64,000 nt of DNA from Octopus vulgaris. Its lineage: Eukaryota. Numbering within the stretch: position 1 is the first letter of the stretch; every line of letters begins with the position of its first letter. A program made the translations under genes and the position numbers. The DNA is taken from positions 3,906,001 through 3,970,000 of the forward strand of contig OX597821.1 of assembly GCA_951406725.2 (NCBI GenBank), in the 5' to 3' direction. Shown in pieces: positions 12,582-26,398 of the stretch. The notes below the pieces were generated by a model, which saw only the letters and a list, made by a program, of their open reading frames with translations, made no database searches and had not been told where the DNA came from.

Positions 12582-13225
12582 ATATTTGAACTCAGTTAAA
12601 AGTTCGTTTAATTACCACCACTGTTATAAACTTTATTTTCTGTATCTAGTGAGTCCGGGCTATCTCAGATCACAAATCACTCACCAGTATTCATCGATTT
12701 ATTATAAACTACAGCTTTCTCTTAGCTCCTGTTTATCTGTCTGGTTTCATCTACTGAGTACCACATAACGCTACAGAAATACCTCTACAGGTCCTGCTAC
12801 CAACACTGAGAATATCATTAACATTTACGCTATTTATCATAAGAAGAATCCTTTTTTCAACAGTAATCTTAATGAAATTTTATTTAGAGGTTAAAATATG
12901 TCACACATATATTTGAACTGACAACACGTTCGTTTAATTCCCATCACCATTTCATGCTACTAACACGGTAAATAGCTTAGATCGGAAGATCGGTGATCAG
13001 TGGTGTCTCTAATGATTTCTTATGAATCTACAGCTTTCTGTCACCTCAAGCGTACCTGTATTTCGTAACTTCTCCTCAGAGTGGCATAACGACACAAAAT
13101 TGCGCAAAAAAGTCTAGAGAAGACGTCACAAGATGATAATGGAGTATGTACACCTTTTACCATAATCGAGAATTTTCATCTGCGATAAAATGTACTAATA
13201 TTACATTTAGAATTTGAAATGTTTC
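12582..13225. repeat. Old diverged tandem duplication, ~328-bp unit x2
   Basis: Collinear anchors ATTTGAACT, GTTCGTTTAATT, CTACAGCTTTCT, CATAACG and ATTTAGA occur in both units. Confidence 0.7.
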
Positions 13226-13287
13226 AAAATTGTTTGCCCTAAAGATTGTTTCACAGTACAACGTCGCTTCAACACTTAGGAATACAT

Positions 13288-13331
<44 letters not shown>

Positions 13332-13353
13332 ATATACCACTATACACCCATAC

Positions 13354-13397
<44 letters not shown>

Positions 13398-13409
13398 TAA
13401 TAATAATAA

Positions 13410-13692
13410 ATATTAGGGAATAAATCCAAATTTATAGGGAAAAATCAGATTTAGGATTGGATCCAATTTTATAGTAATATATTATATTATATTAAATTAG
13501 AGACAAAACCACTATTATGCAAATCAAACAAAGAAAGACTTAAGCCAATACATAAAATAATTTATATAAATTTAGAAATTTAACAATTATAAATAACCAC
13601 TACGATCGTTTCATGTCTTATCTCAGCACATCTTTGAGACATTCTTCAGGTGGTTTCAAAACCTTCTTAGCGAGTTTTAAACTATGAACTCA
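13410..13692 (-). mobile_element. Probable Penelope-like pseudo-LTR fragment inside microsatellite
   Basis: Carries a minimal hammerhead and is flanked by (TAA)n/(TA)n. Its end recurs in inverted form at ~38325-38375. Confidence 0.6.
13595..13655 (-). ncRNA. Minimal type I hammerhead ribozyme
   Basis: Minus strand: AACCAC-CUGAAGA-AUGUCU[loop]AGACAU-GAAA-CGAUCG-UA-GUGGUU. Perfect 6-bp stems I and II, intact core, palindromic stem III, GUA cleavage triplet. Confidence 0.9.
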
Positions 13693-13874
13693 TATATATA
13701 TATGTATATATATGTATGTATATATAGTGGTATTCTAAGTAAAGAGATATATACAGTACACTCTAATTAAACAAACAAAAAGTTACTTTCTACAAAAAGA
13801 AACCTACAAAAACATGGTTTTGATTTCTTTGGATTTGACGCTCATTTTTACAGAATGTAAAGGAAATATTATTA

Positions 13875-14871
13875 AAACTTCATTCAGCCCGCTGCTGGTG
13901 CGTTGAATGAGAAGAATCCCTGTTGGATAATCTAGAGGAAGATAGAGGACATGTTCGGACCAGCAATTAACTGGTGAATACGGTATGTAAACGAGTCTCT
14001 AGCAGTACTTTCGCGAAATACCACTTTACCGACTTGGAATATGCGGACGAAAACTAATGGTTAATTAAGTGACTTATAAACAATATCTTACGTTTCTCTT
14101 TTTATATGTGTGTGCATGCATATATGTGTGTGTGTGTTTATAAGTGTTTTAAAGGGATGCACCTATTCATATGTTTCAGAACAATGATTTGATAATAGAT
14201 ATATAAAAATATAACCGGTTGTCTGTTTCAGCTTCTCTTTTTTTAAATTCCATAAATGCTCCATATATATACTTTTGTTGTGGTAATACATAGCAATGGA
14301 ATCCAATAGTCAAAAACTTATAAATTGTATATTTTTTAGTGCGCCTTATATTTTTGCAATACATTCAATTTGCAAAATTCACGTTGGAGAAATAGGCATG
14401 TGTTTAATAATTGCTTGTGTATAATAAGTAATTTAATACTAAATGAATGTCCATAATGAATGTCCCGGTATGTTAATAACAGTATAATACACCACAAGGC
14501 ATCAAATCACACATGCATAGGACAATAGATGCTGCATCAATATTGCCATTCAGCTAGCTTCTGCATTACTTCGTACTTATCATTTTCTCGCTAAATCTGT
14601 GTATGTATGTGTGCTTTTTTAAAATCGAATAGCTACATTATTCTTGTCAATGCGTGTATTCTGCCGAATCTCCTCCAGAAATATATTTTTATTTGTATAA
14701 ATGTAACTCTGTATTTAATCGTGCATGTCTATTTAGACCTCATCATGCATATTTCCCTATGTCCATACAAAGACACAAATACACATATATAGATATATAA
14801 CCGGTCTATCTGTCTATTATGATATTTACTCTCGCTCTTCTACTAACGCGTGAGCGCACATGCAAGCAAAA

Positions 14872-14947
<76 letters not shown>

Positions 14948-15191
14948 CGTTATTGAAATACCAATCTTATCAGGTGGCCAGCATGGAAATAGAAGCCTTC
15001 AAAGGTAATGATTATTATTAAAATTATAATTTAGGGTATCCAAGAGATACCACTACGCTGGGAATAGCGGCCAAAGCCTGCCTCTAGAGTCAAGGTTTGG
15101 CTGTTATTTCCAGTGTGGTGGTATCTTTCAGATACCCTAAATTATAATATGTATGTATATATGTATGTATGCATGTATGTATATATGCATG

Positions 15192-15274
<83 letters not shown>

Positions 15275-15449
15275 GTATGTATGTATGTATGTTTGTATGT
15301 ACATGTATGTATACATATTTGCATATTTCGCGCATCCATTTCAAAACGACTGTCAGTAGCTGTTACGAACATGTCCTCCATCTCACGCTAGATTATCCAA
15401 CAAGGACTCTTATTCTATGCAACGTTTGCGGGCTGAATGAAGTATTAGG
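13875..15449. repeat. Diverged ~100-bp inverted repeat pair (13875-13978 / 15349-15449)
   Basis: Shared blocks CGAACATGTCCTC, CTAGATTATCCAACA and GCGGGCTGAATGAAGT occur in opposite orientation. Confidence 0.8.
15023..15148. repeat. Fold-back palindrome, 58-bp arms, 10-nt loop
   Basis: 15023-15080 vs 15091-15148: 48/58 Watson-Crick pairs. Confidence 0.9.
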
Positions 15450-15882
15450 TTGTCTATGAGAAATGTTTAAAGATATATTTGTCCTTGCTTGGTCGCCAAG
15501 CTTTAAAAACTGAAGGTATGTATGCATCAAATATTTTCTGAAGTGAGCTTTTGTACTTCTCATAGAAACTTATGTTTCGTATATTCCAATTTAGGTGATA
15601 TTTTGGGGGACATCTGCGAATTAACAATTTGGTTGTGGTGATTCTCAATCAAAAAAGTTTACATAATAAGGCCTAGCTGAATTAATTTTCCAGAGTGTGT
15701 CGCTGTAATTATAAAGCTAATTCCTACTAAATTAATATAATAATATAAATGATTAAAAGCACCTAAACAGCACCGCTGAAAACACTTGGAAATTAGATTG
15801 TTTAACATGATTTGGATACCAATGTTTTTTCCCTATATCCTTACCCCCAGAATCTATGGAAGATGGCTAAGATTTCTTTCAA

Positions 15883-16920
15883 ACTGACATAGATGAAAAT
15901 ACAACCAGCAACGTCTCATCCTTTGCTGATGACACCAGGTTCATGAGACAAATCAAAGACGAGGTGGATACAGAGGCCTTACAAAAGGACCTGACCACCA
16001 TATATAAATGGCAGGAAACAAACAACATGTTGTTCAATGATAAGAAGTTTGAACTAATTCGCTACGGAACAGATCAAGATCTGAAAAATACAACAAACTA
16101 CAGAAACCCATCAGGACAACAAATAATGGAAAAACAGTATGTGAAAGATTTACGCATCCACATGGGAACCAGCCTAAAATTCATAGAACACCTTGACTCA
16201 GTCTGTCTTACTGCAAGAAAGTACAGCAGGTGGATCTTGCGCACCTTCAAATCAAGAGATACCTCAACAATGAAAACCCTCTGGAACAGTATGATACTTC
16301 CGAGGATTGACTACTGTTCTCAGTTGTGGTCACCAACAACAAAGGGCCAACTATCTAAGATGGAATCGCTCCAAAGAAATTTTACCTCATACTTCTCAGA
16401 AACGAGGGACCTGGACTATTGGCAAAGACTCAAAACCTTGAAGATGTACTCAATAGAAAGAATATTTGAGCGATACCGAATTATATACATTTGGAAAATG
16501 ATAGAGCAAAAGGTGCCAAACTTTGGTATCAAAACCTACCACTCACTGCGCCACGGAAGACGCTGCCAGCTACCACCAATCAACAAAAAGGCTGGCCAGG
16601 CAGCAAAAACCCTGCGAGAGTCAAGTCTGTTGGTTCGAGGAGCACAACTATTCAACTCCATTCCGGTACATGTCAGAAATCTATCAGGATGCAGTGTGGA
16701 ATCATTCAAATTGCAGCTGGATAGATACTTAAGCACCATTAGAGATGAACCCCATCTCCCAGGATATACACAACGAGCACAAACTGACTCAAACTCGCTC
16801 CTACACATGTCAAAATTAAACAGAGAATACAACCTGACAACCACACCAGACTCTGAGGGTGGAGTCTTCGACTTGGCCTGAGCATGGACTCAAACTCAAA
16901 TGAAATGAAATGAAATGAAA
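15883..16920 (+). mobile_element. 5'-truncated CR1/L2-group LINE (second family), RT C-terminal ORF uninterrupted
   Basis: Reads SSFADDTR..FNDKKF..WILRTF..DYCSQLWSP..YWQRLKTLKMYSIER..YIWKMIEQKVPNFG to a stop at 16881, followed by a (TGAAA)n tail. Confidence 0.92.
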
Positions 16921-16954
16921 TTACATTTAATCAAACCACAAAAAAATCTTCTGA

Positions 16955-17075
16955 ACGGCTGTGATGCTCCCCACTACACCCGCTCATGACCAGAGTTGCA
17001 CATACAGTGAGGCACTAAAGGCTATGTGCAAGTGGATAAGGTCAAGCAACTGATGGGCAGAATATTTGCTATAAC
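16955..17075 (-). repeat. Diverged fragment of the repeat at 42247-42745
   Basis: Collinear with the reverse complement of 42290-42423 (GGCTGTGATGCTCCCC...GCAGAATATTTGC). Confidence 0.7.
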
Positions 17076-17417
17076 ATTTTTTCTCCTTCATCATCTCAGG
17101 ACTGAATCCGTCTCAAATGTAATGGAAAATAGGTCGGTTTCACATCATTGATGTCCCGATCACAAAATAGTGATTTCTTTTCATTTCTACATAGATATAG
17201 GAAATAAAGATTTCCTACTGAAACGTAGTAAAAGATTTGTCTGTAGAAAAATATGTGTCAAGCGGTGACAAGTTTCGAAGATGGCTAACTATTGAAGTAA
17301 ATACTCCAAAGTAAATATTTTTTCAAACTTCACACAAAAATATTTACATTTCAATTTCTGGTAAGTATAATATATACAGATATACATACACACACACACA
17401 TATATGTATACATATTT

Positions 17418-17474
<57 letters not shown>

Positions 17475-17992
17475 GCATGTGTGTGTATGTATGTATGCAT
17501 ACATATATTGTATATATATGTGTGTGTGTATGTGTGTGTGTGTAAATATACACACATTGACATGTATATATATACGCGGGTATATACACAGGTAGAGATA
17601 TATACATGCTTCTGTAAGATGACTTTATTTTCCATACGGAGGATAAGATATTATCGATCTAATCAAATTAGATGTTTTATTGTGAACTAATTATGTAATT
17701 AAACACATCCATACACGCATGAACATAAACTTGCTTATATATACTTACAATATATATGTTTGCCTATGTAAGTCTCTCCCTCTCACTCCCTCTCTCTCCC
17801 TCTCTGTCACTCTCTCTCTCTCTCTGCGTGTGTGTATGTATGTGAACATACATATGTACATACGTACATATATATACATATATATGTTCCATATATATAA
17901 TAATATATGATGTTATCCTTATTAGCATTATTGCTATGATCATTATTGTTATTATTACTGTTGTTATTATTTTTATATCATTAATATGATCG

Positions 17993-18303
17993 ATAATAAA
18001 CCTCTGAACGAGGTATAAGCAGTAATTGCACGACATTGTGAGGTATACTTGCCATCTCAATATGGCTAACCACAAAGGGTGGGTGTTACTGTAGCTTGTA
18101 GCCCCAGGAGATCATCGCCTCCAGCTGGCTACAGGCGGGTATTACTGTAGCTTGTAGCCCCAGGAGATAATTGCCGCCAGCTGGCTACAGGCACACTTTC
18201 TGTGTGCCTGTAGCCAGCTGGAGGCGATGATCTCCTGGTGCTACAAGCTACAGTAACACCCACCCTTAGTGGTTAGTCATATTGAGATGGCAAATATACC
18301 TCA
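17993..18303. mobile_element. Non-coding palindromic insertion with 14-bp TSD
   Basis: TSD CATTAATATGATCG at 17979-17992 and 18304-18317. Fold-back spans 18037-18305, with a 56-bp tandem duplication (18081-18136 / 18137-18192) in one arm. Confidence 0.85.
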
Positions 18304-19009
18304 CATTAATATGATCGTCTATACCATTCTTCTTTTTCTCCTTCTACTATTTAAAGGAAAACCATTGCTACACAGAAAACAACATCATATTTTTAATATA
18401 TTTCGTAAAAAATCATATAGCTCTCTATGCGTCGATATTCAGTGAAGCACATGCATACGTAAATACACATACAGGTGTAAAAGCGCATGTATGCATAAAT
18501 ATACATGTACGTGTTTGTGTGTGTATCCATATATATATATATGTATGTGTGTGTGTATATATATGTGTGTGAGTCTGTGTACGAATGCGTTCACACACAC
18601 TCATACATAGAGTCACACACACACATATAAAATCAACTACCTATGCTATTTGACATATCCTTACAAGCACACAATATATATATATATATATATATACATA
18701 CGCACATAAGGTGATACACACGCTTATGAAAACATGCGTTGGCATAATAAACACATTCGTCTGAAGCTATCAATTCTATATTAACATAAATTACTCTTCA
18801 AAAGTCATGTTTTATTACATTAGTTTAGAAGTAAATAATTAATTAGTTGCAACTTCAAACATGAAATGCTAAAAGTTTCCGATGCTTAATTGCATTGAAG
18901 ACTTATGAAAATCGCAAGATATGTGTTAGCTTTCATAAGTTAATTATGTTTTCACATATATGCCATCGTATTTTACTATCTATATTTTCGCTCTTTGTCC
19001 TTGTGGTTA

Positions 19010-19475
<466 letters not shown>

Positions 19476-19877
19476 GTGTAAGTATCATTTTCTTTTTTAT
19501 ATCAAATATGAAACAAAGAATTGTTGAAGATGAAGAAACGTTTGAAAGCGAAATTAATTGAGTTGCATATTTGGTCTTCTCTTTAAAGAATACGCTTTGG
19601 AATTCTTTAGAAATATAGCGTTGAATTTCATCGAATCGAGGTTTTGTATAATTCCAGTTCTTGGAGTATCTGTTGTAAAGATTACGCTTCAAAACTGCGA
19701 TTAACATGAACGAAGACCAAATAGAGAATTCAGAAACAATTAAGCATATCAGTTAATCATAAGCCCTGGCAGAGAATAGGCTACAGCGATACCAATCATT
19801 GCAACTAGTATGTTTGTTAAATCTTTCATAATTCTGATACGTTCATGCGTAGAATAATTTGCGGTATTAAGTCTGCT

Positions 19878-20013
19878 CCCCGAGTTCAGTCCCACTACGT
19901 GACACTTGCGCAGGTCTCCTCTACTATAGCATCGGCCCGACCAAAGCCATATGAGTGGATTTGGTAGACGGGAACCAAAAAAATCCACCGTATGTATAAG
20001 TGTGTGTATGTGT

Positions 20014-20068
<55 letters not shown>

Positions 20069-20200
20069 TGGGTTGATTTTGTGTGTGATTTCTGTCTCTA
20101 TTTCTCAGCTCTCACCACTTGTGTTCGGCAAATATATCTGAAAGATTAAGTGATGTGCAAGCATAGCTGCAGTCTCATGACAGACGCAATTAAAATATGA
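19878..20200 (+). mobile_element. SINE family B, partial and diverged
   Basis: GTTCAGTCCCACT..CTACTATAGC..GACCAAAGCC..GAGTGGATTTGGTAGACGG, as in the copies at 30600 and 38769. Confidence 0.75.
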
Positions 20201-20228
20201 AGGATAATATATATAGTAATAATAATAT

Positions 20229-20321
<93 letters not shown>

Positions 20322-20349
20322 TGATGATGATGATCATCATCATCATTGG

Positions 20350-21220
20350 ATAAGAACTGTTTCTCTTTATAGGTTCCACATTCGAGGTGATCTAATTCCA
20401 GATCTTTGTATTTTGACTGTACTCCGTTGTCAACAGTTGGTATTCGTTGGTACCGATTAGAAAGCAATTTCTTGGTGATATCTCACAATTGTATCCGGCC
20501 AATTGGCTTTAATTTCTTTATCTCTGTGTACTGGCATATCCTAGAGTATAATTGCTTTCTCATTTTCTCTGACCTTTTCTGTGCCTAGACTGTTTTTATT
20601 CTGCTGTTATTCCATAGTGTTTGTATAGCTACCAGGGTATATCAGTCCGAACTCTGTCGTGTCCGTGAATACAACCATCCTTAGCAAGGACTGGGCAGCC
20701 AGAGAAGATTTGGTTTCATATTTCTTCTCCATCTCAACATATCCTGCAGTTACGTGCTTTTGGTTGTTTCTGGTGGGGAGGCTTTGATCTTGAGCTGCAA
20801 TTAAAAATCCTTCAGTCTCTGCATTGTGTCCTTGTCAGTCACTTTCGGGATTTTGCTTTGTCTACTCATTCTTTGTTTATCTTAACCTAATATTTGTCAT
20901 GAAGGGGCTTTTCTTGTAATCGTTCTATTGTGACCCGTTGCTGTTCCAGTTTTAGTTTAGATTTCAGTTGTTTTATAGCTTTTGTTTTTTCTTATTTGTC
21001 ATCATAGTTGTTAGGTACTATGCGTTATTTTCTGTAGTTCTCAGCTTCCGTAAAGACTGAAAACAGGTTTTTGTTTTGTTCGTGTTTTGTATTAGTTTCT
21101 CTTGCTTCTGAAGTAGGTATTTTTGTAGTCCTATGCTGGTTATTTTGTAATAGTGTTCTAGCTGTGCCATTTTCGATACTTTGTATACGTAACCTTTTAA
21201 CGTCAGATTTTTTTTCATAC
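20350..21220 (-). mobile_element. Decayed R4/Dong-type (RLE) LINE 3' fragment
   Basis: Minus-strand pieces ETEGFLIAAQDQSLPTR, CRIC, SGCPVLAK, HDRV, DMPVHRDKEIKANWPD and SKYKDLE, with many stops and frameshifts. Confidence 0.8.
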
Positions 21221-21274
<54 letters not shown>

Positions 21275-21395
21275 GTTGTTGTTGTTGTTGTTGTTATGAT
21301 GATGATGATGATGATCATCATCATCATCATCATAACCCTCCTCCCACTCCTCCTCCTCATCATTATTATCATCATTATTAATATTATTATTATTA

Positions 21396-21463
<68 letters not shown>

Positions 21464-23443
21464 TCTGTTATTTATGTTGTTGCTCTTGGTCGTGGTGTTT
21501 TGCTGTACTCCTTTTATGAATCATGGCAGTAGAGTACATTTTTCATGTGTTGCCACAATGAGTCATTGCATATTTTTAATATCATTTGTGCTCAGGTATA
21601 TCTGTACAGGTAATCTAATTCAGATTTCAGTGTGTTAATGTTATCACCATAGAATCTCTGATTGAAATCGTTGACAAGACTATCCGTTGTCCACATACAT
21701 TCTTTCGTTGATTTATATCTGCCACTTATAGCAAAGACATAAGACAATCTAATATTAGTTGTTACGTTTCGTATTTGTTGTTACATGGACCTCGTGTGAT
21801 ATATATTTCAGCTACACGACTCTTTCCATAAAGAGAAGGGAAACCAAGTATACAAGGAAGATATCCGTGACATATGCCAAATATTTCAATTGACGGACAT
21901 TCTTGAGCAAGGTGTAATTCATTATTATTTATTAGCAGTCAATATGTCAAATAAAACAAGTTTCCACTAAATAGTAAACGCTACGATATATGAAGGATAT
22001 TATTTCAGTTATTGATTTGCTTTACCCTAAACCTTGTTTAAGCAGCTCTCTGTGCAATTACAATCTGTGATCTTCATTTCTTTGACTCAGTAACAAAATT
22101 CCTAAGAATACATTTTTTTTTCTTATGTTAAGGCGTTAGGGTTTAGTTTGGAATAAGTCTAGTTAGTAATTAGGGAAGATTCTAAATTAACGATAACTTA
22201 CAGAAAAGTTTGCCTTGTATTCTTTTGGGTTCGATAACATATACTACCATTCAAGAAAAAGGGTTGATGTAATTGACTAAACACCCCCACAAATGTTGCT
22301 ACCACTGTGGCAACATTGACACACTTATTATTGTTAATATGTTGCACATATATAGATGAATATGTTTTATGATTCATAGTGGAACACTTCAGTGTTTTAT
22401 TATGCATACTGGAACAATCTTACGTAGAGGATATATTGTATATATTCAATATTCTTTGTTTTCAGTAATATAATTAATGAGAAGTTAATGCCGGAAAAAT
22501 TAATTATTAATGGTTTTGTCAGTGAGGCTGCTGTTTTTGTTTTCTTCCATTGAGTTCTTTTAATGGATCTGTTAATAATACCAAAAGCAAACACTTCATA
22601 TACTTATTCTAAGAGGAAACTTCATATTACTAAAGCAGAAATTAATCGTCGATGTTTGACTGCATTCATCCAGCACGAAATGCTTCAAATTGTAAGCAAG
22701 GAACGAGACAATGAACATAATAATATGCTACTATGGCACTTTAGAATTCCTCAACTTTTCATCTACAGTGCAATTTCAAACTTTCCTTAAGTCAGCATGC
22801 TCTGTCATCATCTTATCTTTATTTCTACATTAATTCGTGTACATTAATCATTTCCATTTCTTTCTTTAGCATAAATTTTTTGCACATTACTATCATGGAA
22901 CATCATCGAATATCGATTTAGTATAATGCTTATTTACTATTGATTTTTATTGTTTTCTATTTGCTGTATACTTTTCATTTCACATTTTCTTTTTTATCAG
23001 CAAGCATTTCGCATCTGCTTGCCTATCTCATAGACACTATCTCATTCCAGATTAAAATTTATTTTTCTATCGGTATTCTTGTATTTGAAAATTATCGAAA
23101 AAACACTTGCCATATCTAATCGATCCAAAAGATAATGCATTTATATTTTGCTGCAGGTTTTACATATCTCAGTATATAACTGCAGATAGATATAGGCATG
23201 TGCATGTGTGCGTGCGTGTATGCGTGTGTGTGTGTGTGTGTACATGACAATCTATGCGATTATGTGTCACAATACAGGTTTCTTTAACGTTATCAATGCT
23301 TCGCTCACTCCTATCTCTCGTTCGTCTTCTCCCTTCCCTTTCATACTTCCATCTTCATATACTTTCTCTTTCTTTCTCTTTCTTTTTCCATATATATAAG
23401 CACATGAATATATATGCGAGCATGTACGTATGTAGTGTATGTA

Positions 23444-23525
<82 letters not shown>

Positions 23526-23652
23526 CATACATATATATACATATACATACATACATATATATGAAAGCATGCAGAATTCGTCATAAGGAGCTGAATAAAA
23601 TTTTGATATGGACATGCAACATAAAAATATTTATAAACACTTACATGCAAAT

Positions 23653-23728
<76 letters not shown>

Positions 23729-23744
23729 GAGAGAGATAGATAGG

Positions 23745-23841
<97 letters not shown>

Positions 23842-24667
23842 TGATAGATAGATTTGTGTGAGCGATTTCTTAATACTGGTCTTATATGTAATCAAAATGT
23901 AGCTGAAAAAGCACAATACAACATTAGAGTATGTAACATATTTTCCATAAATTGTATATATCCTTTTTAATTTCTTTAACAGTACTCGTGTGTGTGTGTG
24001 TGTGCATGTGTGTGTGTGTGTTTGCATGTGTGTGTGTGCATGTCTGTGTGTCTGTGTGTACGTCCGGAGCTTGTTTGTTTATCCGTACCTGACGGGTTTG
24101 CGTAAATTTACCAACCACCAAATTATATCCTTGCGTTTTGCATAAATTTTAATCGAAAAATGTAATACACTAGATTGACCATTTTATGTTAAGATACCTT
24201 TAGAATTGTATAGGAACTTAGTGACTTTTATTAATTCTTTAATACCCCACTGGCCGGATAAATACGCATATATTTATTCTTTAATTGCCTCGATTTTTCG
24301 CTTCTAGTTTGTAATTTACTTGTACTGTTCTGAATGAATCAATTCTCTCGTTTTTCTAGCCTTTACACATATTCTATCAAAAAGGTTCTGCAGTGGCTGC
24401 TTATTTCAGAGCAACCATCATTGATCCGCTTTTATTGTAATGTTTTTCAGGATAACATTGTTTAATTCATCCGAATATATGTAATGTGCTGTGCTGTCAT
24501 TTTGGAATCATTTGGCCGCAGTGCTCATCCAATCCATCGACGAAGGAGTGTGTCCTTTCCTTGATCGTTATAATGCTGTGATTTTCTATGTCTTGTCGAC
24601 CAGGTCTATATAAGTAGAGGTTAATGGGGCCTAAAAGAAAGATCGACTGGATGCGAATATTGATAGA

Positions 24668-24747
24668 AAAAATGCAACTGTTTAAATAATAACGCATGTC
24701 CTTTTGCAAAAATGCAACTCTTTATATAATAAGGCATGTCCTTTTGC
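24668..24747. repeat. 40-bp tandem duplication
   Basis: AAAAATGCAACT..AATAA.GCATGTCCTTTTGC occurs twice, head to tail. Confidence 0.85.
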
Positions 24748-26240
24748 GAATATGTAATCATAGAAATTTTGTCTAGAAATGTACAGTATGTTCATGTGCG
24801 TACTTATATGTATATCTAAGTGCAACAAGTTACAGTTTCAAGAGTTGCTGGAGGATTCTCACAGCATCATTTACAAACCACTGCAAAAGACAATGGATAT
24901 CACTCGCTGATACAATTTGATACTTCAAACAGAAAAAGTAAAATTCAATACATCACGACTTGGTTAGTGATTCGAAATGCATATCCATATGTTACATAGT
25001 CAAAAGCGTGTAACCTCTGCTTGGAAGAAACACTAGAAATAATATATGGCAATGATGAAATCTTTCTAAAATATAACTGTAGACGCAAAAGCTCATTCCT
25101 CGTATGTGGAAAAATGTGATATAAATCCTATATTCAATAAAACATGTAACCATAGGGATTACCATGAATTAACGTTACATATGTTGCTACAGAACCCAGT
25201 TATATGATGAATATCACAGTACCATCATTATACATGAATAGACATATCCCCATATGGAGAAATAACAGGTCTGAAGAAATCCAGCAGAACTACACCGTAG
25301 CTTTTAGTTATGTTTTGTTGCGTATATACATAAAATTCTGAATAAATGTTTATCTATAGGGGAAAATAACTTACATAGGAGCGTATATATATATATATAT
25401 ATATATATATACAACACACTAACAAACATTAATCACACACATACACACACACACACAAACGGGCACACATATACACACACCATCCTACCAAATTTTAAAA
25501 AAACACACATTTACCCTACAATAGACCTTGGGACCAATCAAAAACAAACCCTCCGCACACACAAACACATGTATATATATATATATATACACACACACAA
25601 AGACACACACACTCACACCATTCTGACCTCCTTACAGGCACACATACACACGCCGCACCGTGCCAAATGTCAATCACACACATACCATACATACACACAC
25701 ACACACACAACACACAACAACAAGACAATCACACACACGGAAACACATATAGACGAACCATCCTACCAGGTTTTACAAACACACAGACACATCTATTCAC
25801 ACCACATATGTATATACACACACAAAAAACATACACTCAAACCATTCTGACCTCTAAAGGCAATCCACCAAATCATTGACGCTTGAAGAGGAGACAAAAA
25901 GGAGAAATTCTTTTCAGTTCCACATTACTTCTCCTTCACCCCACCCGAACACAACTACAGTCTCCCTTGAAATAGATAATATTGTTTTACGTTAACATGG
26001 TGGACAGGTCTGTTTTAGTTTCTCTACTATTAAAATGTAAACCTTTTTGAACTCATAATATTCTATGCATGTATGCCAATATTCCACTGACTTTTTAATA
26101 ATTCCTTTTGGAAATTATCTTGAGAATGTATATATTTGTTCTAATATATTTGTTGTAAAAGAACATCTTTTAAAATTGCATTTTCAAACCTTCTTTCGTA
26201 TACAATTCCACTCGTGCGGTACCCTACAACTCCACTTTGT

Positions 26241-26342
<102 letters not shown>

Positions 26343-26398
26343 TGTATGTATGTATATATCAATGTATGTACATGTGCGTGTCTTTGGTCTTATATATA

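Noticed and set aside
24930-25010. Polinton PolB-like motif (KIQYI..AYPYV)
   Set aside because: No catalytic Asp and no supporting motifs.
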